From NCBI GenBank assembly GCA_963837735.1, contig CAWIOM010000010.1:210917-274916 (forward strand): a stretch of DNA of 64,000 bases, written 5' to 3'. This DNA comes from an uncultured Solirubrobacterales bacterium (GTDB taxonomy: Bacteria > Actinomycetota > Thermoleophilia > Solirubrobacterales > 70-9). Made by a program: the position numbers and the translations under genes. This document shows positions 37,011 to 49,560 of this stretch, piece by piece (within the stretch, counting starts at the first letter, position 1; each line of letters starts with the position of its first letter). The notes below the pieces were generated by a model, which was not told where the DNA came from, ran no database searches, and saw only the letters and a program-made list of their open reading frames with translations.

Positions 37011-39897
37011 ATGAACGCAGGCCCCCGGCGCCTCCTCGCCGCCTTGACCGCAGTGCTCGCCGCGGCCGTCCTCGCCCCCTCTGCTGCGGCCAACACCGAA
37101 GACATCATCGCTCCCTCGAGCCCTCCCTACACCCCCTCGAGCGGCTGGCAGGCGGGGACCTGCACGGCCGACGCGCCGGTCTGCTCCGTCGCGACCCCGG
37201 GCCAGTTCTTCGAAAACGCCGCCGGCCACCCGCAGGTCGGCTTCACCCAGTTCATCGTCCGCAATCATCCAGGCTCGCTCGGGCCGATCCTCTCGCCCGA
37301 AGAACCGATCGGCGAACTGAAGACCGTCCACGTCGACCTCCCGGTGGGCCTCAGCGTCAACCCGCAGGCGACCCCCCAGTGCCCGACCGCAACCGGCGAA
37401 TCGAACCCCGGATCCTGCCCGGCGAACACCAAAGTCGGCCAGAGTCAGATCACGGGCTCCGTACTCGGGGTGGTCTCGCCGACGACGATCGACGCCGACG
37501 TCTACAACATCGAACCGCCGGCGGGCGAGCCGGCGCTGTTCGGCTTCAGCATCGCGGGAGCGGCCAACGTCTTCCTGCGCGCCGAGGTTTCCTGGGACGG
37601 CGACTATCACGAGGGGTTCACGATCGCCGTGCCGCCGCTGCCGATATCGGGGATCCTCCCCGGCGGCCTGATCCTCAAGAACCGCCTCGTCTTCGACGGC
37701 CGCTCCGGCGACGGCACCTTCATCACCACGCCCTCGACCTGCTTCGACCCGGAAACCGACGCGGGCAAGGAACAGGTCTACTCGACATGGCTCCAGGCCT
37801 CCTCGATCGAAGAAGAGGAAGACCCCGGATACCAGTTCCCGGCCAGTGCCGAACCGCGGCTCGAGTCGCCTCTGCCGCCGGGCAAAAAGCCGATCGACTG
37901 CGCCAACATCCCCTACGAGCCCTCGGCGGACGTCGACCCCGGCAACTCACGGCAACCGACTCGCCTTCGGGGGCCACCACCGAAGTCGAGGTGCCCCACA
38001 TCCTCGGCGGCGGCGAAAGCGAGAGCTCGAACACCCGAGAGGCGCGGGTCGCCCTGCCGGCCGGGCTCGGTCTCAACCCCGCGGCGGGCGCCGGGCTCGT
38101 CGCCTGCACCGACTCGGAGTTCGGCAAGGGCACGAAGGCTCCGGTCGCCTGCCCGCCGGGCTCGAAGATCGGCACGGTCGAGATCAAGACCCCGCCGCTG
38201 CGCGAATCCGACGGGACCCTCGAAGGAGACGTCTTCGTCGGCACCCAGCTCAGCCGCGACCCCGCCTCCGGGCGACGAGTACCGGATCTTCGTCGACGCC
38301 GAGTCGGCGCGCTACGGAATCTCCGTGCGGCTTCTCGGCCGGGTCAGCGCCGACCCGGTCAGCGGGCAGCTGACGACCCGCTTCGAAGGTCTGCCGCAGG
38401 TCCCCTTCAGCTCCTTCGTGCTGAAGCTGGACGGCGGCCCGCGGGCGACGCTGACCAGTCCCGCGACCTGCGGCCCGCACCGCATGGTCGCGACAATGAC
38501 CCCCTGGTCGGGAAACCCGGCCGCGACCCCGTCGAGCGAGTTCACCCTGACCTCGGCGCCCGGGGGAGGCGCATGTCCGCCGACGCTCGGCGAGCGGCCC
38601 TTCGCACCGGGGTTCGAAGCGCGCGCGTCCGATACCCGGGCCGGCGGCTTCACCGACCTCGGCATAGACGTCGCCCGCAGCGAGGGCGACCAGGAGCTGA
38701 AGGGGGTCGAGGTCACGCTGCCGCCGGGGATGACCGCGAAGCTCGCCGGCCTGCGCTACTGCCCGGAGGAGGCGATCGCCGCCGCGGCCGCCAACGGCGG
38801 GCTCGCCGAGGCCGCGGCCCCAGCTGTCCCGGCGACAGCCTCGTCGGCAGCGCGGCGATCACAGCCGGAAGCGGCCCCGAGCCCCTTCACATCGACTCCG
38901 GCAAGGCCTTCCTCGCAGGCCCCTACCACGGGGCGCCGCTGTCCCTGGCGGTGATCACCCCCGCCACGGCCGGGCCGTTCGACCTCGGCACGGTCGTGGT
39001 GCGGGTGGCGCTGTTCGTGGACCCGGCGACAGCCCAGGTGAGGACGGTGACCGACCCGCTTCCCCACGTCTACGGCGGCGCTCCTTCTCGACGTGCGCAC
39101 GGTCGCGGTTGAAGATCGACCGCCCCGGCTTCTCGCTGAACGGGACCAACTGCGACCCGTCGGCGTTCGCCGGCACCCTGCACGGCGGCGGCTCGAACCC
39201 CGACGACCCGGCGTCGTTCAGCTCCGTCACCGCCTCCTCGCCCTATCAGGCGTCGGGCTGTGACGCGCTTCCCTTCGGCCCGCGGCTGTACCTCAGGTTC
39301 TTCGGCGCGACGAAGCGGGCGAAGAACCCGAAACTGCGGGCGATCCTGCTCGCCAGGCCCGGCGACGCGAACATCTCGCGCGCCGCGGTGACTCTGCCGA
39401 AGTCGGTGATCCTCGATCAGGCGAGCATCGGCCGCGTCTGCACGCGGGTCCAGTTCGACGCCGGCGAGTGCCCGTCGAACTCGGTCTACGGCTTCGCCGA
39501 AGCCGACTCGCCACTGCTCGACGGGCCGCTCAAAGGGCCGGTCTACCTGCGCTCCTCGAACAACACCCTGCCGGACCTCGTCGCCGCCCTGCACGGCCAG
39601 GTCGACATCGAGCTGGCGGGCCGCACCGACACCGTCCGCGGCCGGATCCGCAACACCTTCGACACCGTGCCCGACGTCCCGGTCTCGCGCTTCGTGCTGA
39701 CGATCAGGGGCGGCAAGAGGAGAGGCCTGCTCGTCAACACGCAGAACCTCTGCGCCCGCAGGCAGTTCGCGAGGCTCGACCTCAACGCGCAGAACGGCAG
39801 GAGCCTGACCAAGAAGCGGTTGAAGATCCGCAAGCCCTGCCGGAGGAAGCGCCGCCACGGCCGCCGCACCCACCACAGCCGCCACCGGGCCGGCTAG
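37011..39897 (+). pseudogene. large secreted Cys-rich four-repeat protein, unknown family, paralogue 1 (five frameshifts as sequenced)
   Basis: Signal peptide: RRLLAALTAVLAAAVLAPSAAA. The pieces lie in ORFs 37011-38954, 37379-39112 and 39109-39897 and align end to end with paralogue 2. Junctions are near 37948, 38271, 38818, 39078 and 39105. Confidence 0.7.
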
Positions 39898-39906
39898 GCA
39901 GATTCG

Positions 39907-42752
39907 ATGACAGGCAGGATGGGTAGACGCCCAGACATGGCGAGGAAGCTCCTATGTGCGGGGATCACCTGCCTCTGCTTCGCAGGGGTTGGGGGGCCGG
40001 CGTCCGCGGCGGCCGACACCGGCGACATCATCGCGCCGCAGAACGACCCCGCCGACTCGGCCGACGGCTGGCAGGCGGGGACCTGCAAATCCGAACCGTG
40101 CTCGCCCGAAACTCCGGAAGCGTTCTTCACCCAGGCTGCCGGGCACCCGCCGATCGGCTTCACCCAGTTCATCACCAAGGACGGCGCCGGCATCGGCATC
40201 GACCCGGTCGGCGTCCTCAAGGACATCAGGGTCGATCTCCCCACCGGCCTCAGCGTCAACCCGCAGGCCACGCCGCAGTGCGACCTCGGCACCTTCCAGG
40301 AAGGGGCCGCGGGCTGTCCCGGCCGGCTCTGTCGTCGGCCTCAGCCTGATCACGCTCGCCGTCGCCGGGCTGCCGGTCGGACCGGTCCCTGCCCAGGTCT
40401 ACAACTTGGTCCCGAGCCAGGGGGAACCGGCCCTCTTCGGCTTCGAAGCGGCCGGCGCCGAGGTCTACCTGAAGGCCGACGTGGCGTGGAGCGGCGACTA
40501 CCACGAGGGCTTCACGATCGCCGTGCCGGAACCGCCGGCCGGGCGGCTCTACGTCAACCGGCTGGTATTCACCGGGGTCGCCGGCAACGGAACCTTCCTG
40601 ACCACTCCCAGCACCTGCCGCAACCCCGCCGAGGCGGAGTTCGCCCACACATACTCGACCTTTCTCCGGGCCGACTCGGTCGAGGTCCCCGACTCGGGCT
40701 TCCCGAGCGGCTCGACCCCGTTCGAGGCGTTGCTGCCGCCGGGCGTCAAGCCGACCGGCTGCGACGCGGTGCCGTTCAAACCGAAGCTCACCGTCTCGCC
40801 CGGGACCGACCGCACCGACTCTCCGGCCGCCGCCGTCGTCGCGGTCGACGTCCCCTTCGAGCCGCCCGAACCGCTCGCCAACTCCAACGTGAGGACGGCG
40901 CGGACGGCCCTGCCGGCGGGGATGGGCCTCAATCCCTCGGCGGCCGAGGGCCTGGTTGCCTGCACCGACGCCCAGCTGGGCAAGGGGAAGACGGCTCCCG
41001 TCGCCTGCCCGGCGGCCTCGAAGATCGGCACGGCCTCAATCGAGACCCCGCCCCTTCCCTCCGGCTCGCTCAGCGGCGACGTCTATCTCGGTCAGCAGCT
41101 CAGCCGCGACCCCGCCTCCGGCGACGAGTACCGGATCTTCGTCGACGCCGAGTCCGCTCGGTACGGGGTCTCCGTGCGGCAGATCGGCCATGTCAGCGCC
41201 GATCCCGTCACCGGGCAGCTGACGGCGACCTTCGCCGAAGCGCCCCAGGTCCCGTTCAGCTCGTTCGTGCTGCGCTTCGACGGCGGTGACCGGGCGCCGC
41301 TGACGAGCCCGGGGCTCTGCGGGCCGAGCCGGTCGAACCTCGCCGCCGATCCCTATACCGAGACGGCGACCGCCGAATCCTTCAACGACTTCACCCTGAC
41401 CAGCGCCCCCGGCGGCGGCTCCTGCCCGGCCACGCTCGCCCAGCGGCCGTTCAACCCCGGGTTCACCGCCAAGGCGAAGAGCGCCAAGGCCGGCGCCTAC
41501 AGCCCCTTCTCGGTGTACCTGCACCGCAGCGACGGCCAGCAGGAGTTGAAGGTGGTCGACGTGACGCTGCCCGCCGGCGTCAGCGGCAAGCTCAAGGGAG
41601 TTCCCTACTGCCCGGCCGGGAAGATCGCCGCCGCCGCCGACCGCGCCGGCGAAGCCGAGGCGAAGAACCCCAGTTGCCCCTCGAAGAGCCGTGTCGGAGC
41701 GGCGACGATCCGCGCCGGCAGTGGCGGCTCGCCGATCAAGATCACCGGCAAGGCGTACCTGTCGGGGCCCTACAAAGGCGCTCCTCTTTCCCTGGCGGTG
41801 ATCACCCCGGCCGTCACCGGGCCGTTCGACCTTGGCACCGTCGTCGTCCGCGTCGCCCTCTTCGTCGACCCGGACACGGCGCGGATCCGGCCGTACTCGG
41901 ACGTCATCCCCGACGTCTACGGCGGCGCCAAGCTCGACATCCGCTCGATCTTCGTCAACGCCAACAAGGGGCGCTTCACGGTCAACCCGACCAGCTGCGG
42001 GGCCCTGCGTAGCGAAGGGCGTGTCCTGGGAGGCGGCGGCGACCCGGCGAGGGAATCCCATTTCAGCTCCCATCCGGTCAGCGACGGGTTCCAAACCTCG
42101 GACTGTCGCTCGCCCGGCTTCCGGCCGCGCCTCTTCACCCGCATCCTCGGCCGCCGCGGAGCCGCTCGCCGGACGAGGAACCCCAAGTTCCGGGCCGTGC
42201 TGCTCGGCCGCGACGGCGACGCCAACCTGCGCCGGGCGACCGTGGTCCTGCCGCGCGCGGTGATCCTCGACCAAAGCCACATCAAGACGATCTGCACCCG
42301 CCCCCAACAGGCAACCGGCAGCTGCCCGAAGGGCTCGATCTACGGTCATGCCGCCGCCTTCTCGCCACTGCTCGGCAAGCCCCTGCGAGGCCGCGTCTAC
42401 CTCGTCCCGTCAACCCACACGCTGCCCGACCTGCTCGTCGACCTCGGTGGTCAGGTCCACGTCCGGCTGCACGCGTCGGTCGACGCGGTCCGGGGCCGGA
42501 TGCGGACGACCTTCTACGCGGTCCCCCGACGTCCCGGTGAGCAAGTTCGTGCTGACGATGAAGGGCGGCGGCCGGGGCCTGCTCACCAACACCGCCGACC
42601 TCTGCGCGCGACGCCTGCGCTCGAAGGCGGTACTGCACGCGCAGAACGGGCGCCGCATCCAAAACAAGCACCTGAAGCTGCGGGTCCCCGCCTGCCGGCA
42701 CAAGGCGCGGCAGAGCCACAGGGCGGCGCGAGGCGGTCGGGCCGGGGCCTAG
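39907..42752 (+). pseudogene. large secreted Cys-rich four-repeat protein, unknown family, paralogue 2 (two frameshifts as sequenced)
   Basis: Signal peptide: KLLCAGITCLCFAGVGGPASAA. The bulk lies in the frame of ORF 39956-43579. Junctions are near 40320 and at the C5 run 42523-42527. The C-terminus is in ORF 42348-42752. Confidence 0.7.
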
Positions 42753-43462
42753 ATCGGCTGCTGCGTCGGCCGGATCAGGATCTCGTTGACGTCCACCCCC
42801 GGCGGCTGCTCGAGGGCGAACATCACCGCCCGGGCAATGTCGTCGTCGCGCAGCGCCCACTCGCCGGGCCGATTGTCGAAGAACGGCGTGTCGGTCATCC
42901 CCGGCTCGATCAGCGTGACCTTGATCTCGTTGCTGTCGTGCATCTGGCGCAGCTCCGCGCGCAGCGCCTCGCCGATTGCCGTCGTTGCCCACTTGGTCGC
43001 CGAGTAGAGCGACCCCGGCAGCACCCGGCGGCCGGCGATCGAGCTGGTGACGATGAAATGGCCGTCGCCGCGCTCGAGCAGGTGGGGGAGGGTGGCGCGG
43101 ATCGTCAGGGCGACGCCGTAGACGTTCGTCAGGACCATCGAGCGCCAGTGCTCGACCGACTCCTCGAGGAAGCCCCGGGTGGCGCCGAAGCCGGCATTGG
43201 CGAAGACGGCGTCGATGCGCCCGAAGCGCTCGATCCCGGTCGCCGCCATCGCCTCGACCTCGTCCCACTCGGTGACGTCGCAGCGGACGGCGATCGCCCG
43301 CTCCTCGCCGCCGAGCTCAGCGGCGAGCTGCTCGAGGGCGTCGAGGCTGCGCGCGGCCAGAACCAGCCGATAGCTCCCGGCAGCCGCGCGCGCAGTCGCG
43401 GCGCCGATGCCACTGCTCGCCCCGGTGATCAGCAGCACAGGACTGTTTGCGCTCGGGGTCAT
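42749..43462 (-). CDS. short-chain dehydrogenase/reductase (SDR)
   Basis: TGASSGIG, NAG and YSATKWA motifs. ATG at 43460-43462. Confidence 0.9.
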   Translation of the reverse strand: MTPSANSPVLLITGASSGIGAATARAAAGSYRLVLAARSLDALEQLAAELGGEERAIAVRCDVTEWDEVEAMAATGIERFGRIDAVFANAGFGATRGFLEESVEHWRSMVLTNVYGVALTIRATLPHLLERGDGHFIVTSSIAGRRVLPGSLYSATKWATTAIGEALRAELRQMHDSNEIKVTLIEPGMTDTPFFDNRPGEWALRDDDIARAVMFALEQPPGVDVNEILIRPTQQPI

Positions 43463-43490
43463 TCGTCGATTCTTCCAGCTGGACCGAGTC

Positions 43491-43558
43491 GGGCGGTTGT
43501 TCGGGGGTCGCCGGACACTCAGCGCGAAGCGCGTCCGCCGACCCCCGAACAACCGCCC
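43491..43558. repeat. 68-nt inverted repeat (perfect 20-nt arms) in the SDR/ccmE divergent intergenic region
   Basis: GGGCGGTTGTTCGGGGGTCG (43491-43510) is the exact reverse complement of CGACCCCCGAACAACCGCCC (43539-43558). Confidence 0.8.
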
Positions 43559-43579
43559 CTCACGCCCACCTTGCGATAA

Positions 43580-43982
43580 TTGGCGACCGTGGACCCGCAG
43601 CGCAAACGCAAGATCCGACTGGTCGTCGCCCTCAGCGTCGCGGTGCTGCTCGCCGTGGCACTCGTATACACGTCGTTCAGCGCTTCGACCGAGGCGAAGG
43701 AGCCCTCGGAACTGGTCAATGCGACCCCCGGCACCAGCGCCGAGATGACCGGCAAGGTCGTCAAGGGGTCGGTCGAGCGCGAAGGCAGCGACCTCTCCTT
43801 CGAGGTCGCCGATCGCGACGGCCACGGCGAGAGCATCCCGGTCACATACAGCGGCATCGTCCCCGACCCCTTCCGCGGGGGTCGCGAGATCGTTCTCAGC
43901 GGCGAGGTCGAGCACGGAACCTTCGTCGGCGAGCGGGACACGCTCGTCACCAAGTGCCCGTCGAAGTTCACGACGACGACGA

Positions 43983-43993
<11 letters not shown>
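43580..43993 (+). CDS. ccmE: cytochrome c maturation haem chaperone CcmE, Cys-type variant
   Basis: TTG start (GTG at 43589 is also possible), then an N-terminal TM anchor. IVPDPFRGGREIVLSGEV aligns with E. coli ILPDLFREGQGVVVQGEL. The haem-binding HDENY position reads CPSKF. Confidence 0.85.
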
Positions 43994-46339
<2,346 letters not shown>

Positions 46340-46343
<4 letters not shown>

Positions 46344-46558
46344 ATCTTCAGCAGGACCACGGTGTTGACGACGAAGAGGACCGCGAAGAAGACCGTCGCC
46401 CGGTCGAGGTTGCGCTCGACCATCGAGCCGCCGCCGACACCGCCGCCGCCGATCCCGAAGGCGCCGGAGAGGCCCGCGTCTTTCCCCGAGTGCAGGAGGA
46501 TCAGAAAGATCAGGACGGCGGAGATGATCACCTGGATGACTGCCAAGAACGTGTACAT
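46340..46558 (-). CDS. secG: preprotein translocase subunit SecG
   Basis: Met at 46556-46558. MYTFLAVIQVIISAVLIFLILLHSGKDAGLSGAFG is typical of SecG. Confidence 0.85.
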
Positions 46559-46617
46559 CGACGGCGGAGTGTAGCGCGGCAAGCTCGGTTTACACGTCAG
46601 AATCTGGTGTTGCACAG

Positions 46618-46671
46618 ATTGACAAAGTGCGTTAGGTTGTCAATCGACAGGACGTCAACAGTCAATTTGAC
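46618..46671. promoter_or_regulatory. operator-like palindromes upstream of alkB
   Basis: ATTGACAA (46618-46625) pairs with TTGTCAAT (46637-46644). A second palindrome is GTCAATTTGAC (46661-46671). AAGGAGG follows 9 nt before the alkB ATG. Confidence 0.4.
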
Positions 46672-46687
46672 AAGGAGGAGCGCGCCC

Positions 46688-47911
46688 ATGGAGGCAGCTG
46701 CACACTCGCACCACGAGCACCACGAGCACCATCACCACGATCACGGGCCCGAGGTCGAGCTCAACCCGGCGACCTGGCGCGACGCCAAGCGCTACGCCTG
46801 GCTGATGGGCCTGATCATCCCCTTCGCTCCCTTCATCGCCTGGGGAACGGTCGAGCTGACGGGCTTCGAGGCCTTCTGGTTCTTCGGCCCGTTGCTCGTC
46901 TTCGGCTTCTTCCCGCTGCTCGACATCGCGATCGGCGTCGACCCGACCAACCCGCCCGACAGCGTCCTCAAATGGCTCGAGCAGGACCGCTACTACCGCT
47001 GGTGCACCTACCTCTTCATCCCGGTGCAGTACGCGGGCCTGGTCTTCGCCTGCTACCTGTGGTCGAGCGGCGACCTCAGCGTCCTCGAGAGCCTCGGGCT
47101 GGCGGTGACGATGGGCGTCGTCGGCGGGATCGCGATCAACACCGCCCATGAGCTCGGCCACAAGCGGGCCAGCTCCGAGCGCTGGCTGAGCCGCGTCGCC
47201 CTCGCCCAGACGGGCTACGGGCACTTCTTCATCGAGCACAACCGCGGCCACCACGTCCGCGTCGCGACCCCCGAGGACCCGGCCAGCGCGAGGTTCGGGG
47301 AGAGCTTCTGGGCCTTCCTGCCCCGCACCGTCTACGGCAGCCTCACCTCGGCCTGGGGGATCGAGTCCGCCCGCCTCGACCGGATGGGCAAGTCGCACTG
47401 GACGCTGCGCAACGACATCCTCGGCGCCTGGGCGATGACCGTCGGGCTGTTCGCGGCCCTGGCGATCGCCTTCGGCCCCGTGGTCCTTCCCTACCTGGTC
47501 ATCCAGGCGATCCTCGGCTTCGCGCTGCTCGAGGTCGTCAACTACCTCGAGCACTACGGCCTGCGTCGCCAGATGAAGGACGACGGTCGCTACGAGCGCT
47601 GCCTGCCCGAGCACAGCTGGAACAGCAACAACGTCGCCTCCAACGTCCTCCTCTACCACCTCCAGCGCCACTCCGACCATCACGCCAACCCGACCCGCCG
47701 CTACCAGGCGCTGCGCCACGTCAAGGAGGCGCCGCAGCTGCCCACCGGCTATGCCGGGATGATCGTGCTCGCCTGGTTCCCGCCGATCTGGCGCCGGGTG
47801 ATGGACCCACGCCTGGTCGAGCACTACGAGGGCGAGGTCGAGCTCGCCAACATCCAGCCGCGCAAGCGCGAGAAGCTCCTCGCCCGCTACGGCAGGGAGG
47901 CGTGCGCGTGA
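46688..47911 (+). CDS. alkB: alkane 1-monooxygenase (integral-membrane di-iron hydroxylase)
   Basis: His boxes HELGHK, EHNRGHH and LQRHSDHH, plus NYLEHYG. The N-terminus is His-rich (HSHHEHHEHHHHDH). Confidence 0.92.
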   Translation: MEAAAHSHHEHHEHHHHDHGPEVELNPATWRDAKRYAWLMGLIIPFAPFIAWGTVELTGFEAFWFFGPLLVFGFFPLLDIAIGVDPTNPPDSVLKWLEQDRYYRWCTYLFIPVQYAGLVFACYLWSSGDLSVLESLGLAVTMGVVGGIAINTAHELGHKRASSERWLSRVALAQTGYGHFFIEHNRGHHVRVATPEDPASARFGESFWAFLPRTVYGSLTSAWGIESARLDRMGKSHWTLRNDILGAWAMTVGLFAALAIAFGPVVLPYLVIQAILGFALLEVVNYLEHYGLRRQMKDDGRYERCLPEHSWNSNNVASNVLLYHLQRHSDHHANPTRRYQALRHVKEAPQLPTGYAGMIVLAWFPPIWRRVMDPRLVEHYEGEVELANIQPRKREKLLARYGREACA

Positions 47912-47942
47912 GCATGGGGAGCGCGAGCCGAAGGAGATCGTG

Positions 47943-48116
47943 ATGGCTGCCTATCGCTGCCCCAGCTGCGGCTACGTCTATGACGAGGAGGCCGGCCACG
48001 CACGGGAGGGATTCCCTCCCGGGACGCCCTGGAGCGAGGTGCCCGACGACTGGGCCTGCCCCGACTGCGGCGTGCGCGACAAGGTCGACTTCGTGTCCGA
48101 CGGCGGCGGCGAGTGA
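47943..48116 (+). CDS. rubA: rubredoxin
   Basis: I translated this by hand (57 aa, below the ORF-track cutoff). YRCPSCGYVYDE...WACPDCGV gives two CxxCG knuckles. Confidence 0.9.
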   Translation: MAAYRCPSCGYVYDEEAGHAREGFPPGTPWSEVPDDWACPDCGVRDKVDFVSDGGGE

Positions 48117-48763
48117 GCGGCCCGGCCGCCGCGCCCGAGGCCGGGAACGGCAACGGAAACGGCGCGACGACGCCTTACCCGGAGGCCGCCCGCAACCTGC
48201 TGCGCGAGACCTTCTTCGGCGCCGCCCGCGACGAGCTCGAACGGCGCACCTGGTCGGAGATCACGATGTCCGACATCGCCCGCACAGCGGGCGTCAGCCG
48301 CCAGACCCTCTACAAGGAGTTCGGCAGCCGCGACGAGTTCGCCCAGGCCTTCGTCATCAACGTCGGCGAGCGCTTCCTCGACGAAGTCGACGCCGCCGTG
48401 CGCGAGCACCTCGACGACCCCCGCGCGGCGATCGGAGCAGCCCTCGAGACCTTCCTGCGCACAGCCGGCGAGGACCCGCTCGTCCGCATCCTGCTCAGCG
48501 ACGACGGCACCGGCGGCATGCTGCCGTTCGTCACAACGCAGGGAATGCCGGTTGTCGTCTTCGCCACCGCGAGGCTCTTCGAGACGATCCGTGCGGGCTG
48601 GCCCGAGGCGCCCCCGGACAAGGCGCAGCTGCTCGCCGAGTCGCTGGTGCGGCTGGCGATCAGCTACATCACCGCGCCCAGCGCCGAGCCCGACAGGACC
48701 GCGGCCCAGGCGGGGGAGCTGCTCGGCCCGTTCATCGACCGCGCGCTCGGCGTCGCCGGCTGA
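48113..48763 (+). CDS. TetR-family transcriptional regulator (AlkU-like position)
   Basis: GTGA overlap with rubredoxin. The HTH is ITMSDIARTAGVSRQTLYKEFGSRDE. Confidence 0.85.
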   Translation: MSGPAAAPEAGNGNGNGATTPYPEAARNLLRETFFGAARDELERRTWSEITMSDIARTAGVSRQTLYKEFGSRDEFAQAFVINVGERFLDEVDAAVREHLDDPRAAIGAALETFLRTAGEDPLVRILLSDDGTGGMLPFVTTQGMPVVVFATARLFETIRAGWPEAPPDKAQLLAESLVRLAISYITAPSAEPDRTAAQAGELLGPFIDRALGVAG

Positions 48764-48797
48764 CGGCGGGTCGCCGGGGCTGCGAAAGTCCTGCCCG

Positions 48798-49550
48798 GTG
48801 ACCACCTACGACCGGACCGGAATCGGCTACGCCCAGGTGCGGCGCGGCGACCCGCGGATCGCGGCCTTCGTCGAACGCGGCCTCGGCGATGCCCGGACGG
48901 TGCTCAACGTCGGCGCCGGGACCGGCTCCTATGAGCCGGCCGGGCGCGAGGTGACCGCGGTCGAGCCCTCGGCGACGATGATCTCCCAGCGCGCGGCCGG
49001 CGCCGCGCCCGTGATCCAGGCGAGCGCCGAGGACCTGCCCTTCGACGACGACAGCTTCGACGCCGCGATGGCGATGATCACCGTCCACCACTGGGCCGAC
49101 CTCGAGGCGGGGGTGGGGGAGATGGCACGCGTCGCCCGTGAGCGCGTCGTCATCCTCACCTTCGACCCGCAGCCGCTCGCCGACTTCTGGCTGCTCGACT
49201 ACTTCCCCCAGGCCTTCGACATCCACGCCGACTTCATGCCGCCGATCGAGGAGCTGACGGCGATCCTGGGCGGCGCCGGGGTGGCGGTCGAGGCCGTGCC
49301 GATCCCGCGTCAGTGCACGGACGGATTCTTCATCGCGCTCTGGGACAGGCCGGAGCTGCACCTCGACCCCGAGGTTCGCCGCGGCAGCACCGTCTGGCAC
49401 GAGATGGAGCCCGAGCAGATCGCCCGCGGCCTCGCCGCCCTCACCGCCGACCTCGAGAGCGGCCGCTGGGACGAGCGCCACGGCCACCTGCGCGACGACA
49501 CGCCGGAGCTCGAGCTCGGCCTGCGCCTCCTGGTCGCCGAGCAAGCCTGA
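48798..49550 (+). CDS. class I SAM-dependent methyltransferase
   Basis: GTG at 48798. Motifs: VLNVGAGTGSY and FDAAMAMITVHHW. Confidence 0.75.
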   Translation: MTTYDRTGIGYAQVRRGDPRIAAFVERGLGDARTVLNVGAGTGSYEPAGREVTAVEPSATMISQRAAGAAPVIQASAEDLPFDDDSFDAAMAMITVHHWADLEAGVGEMARVARERVVILTFDPQPLADFWLLDYFPQAFDIHADFMPPIEELTAILGGAGVAVEAVPIPRQCTDGFFIALWDRPELHLDPEVRRGSTVWHEMEPEQIARGLAALTADLESGRWDERHGHLRDDTPELELGLRLLVAEQA

Positions 49551-49560
49551 GCGGCCGGCG

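Noticed and set aside
36495-43462. Calling the tRNA-Gly-adjacent 7-kb block a mobile genomic island.
   Set aside because: It has no integrase or transposase and no detectable direct repeat of the tRNA end. Its composition and codon usage look native, so I report it only as a synteny observation.
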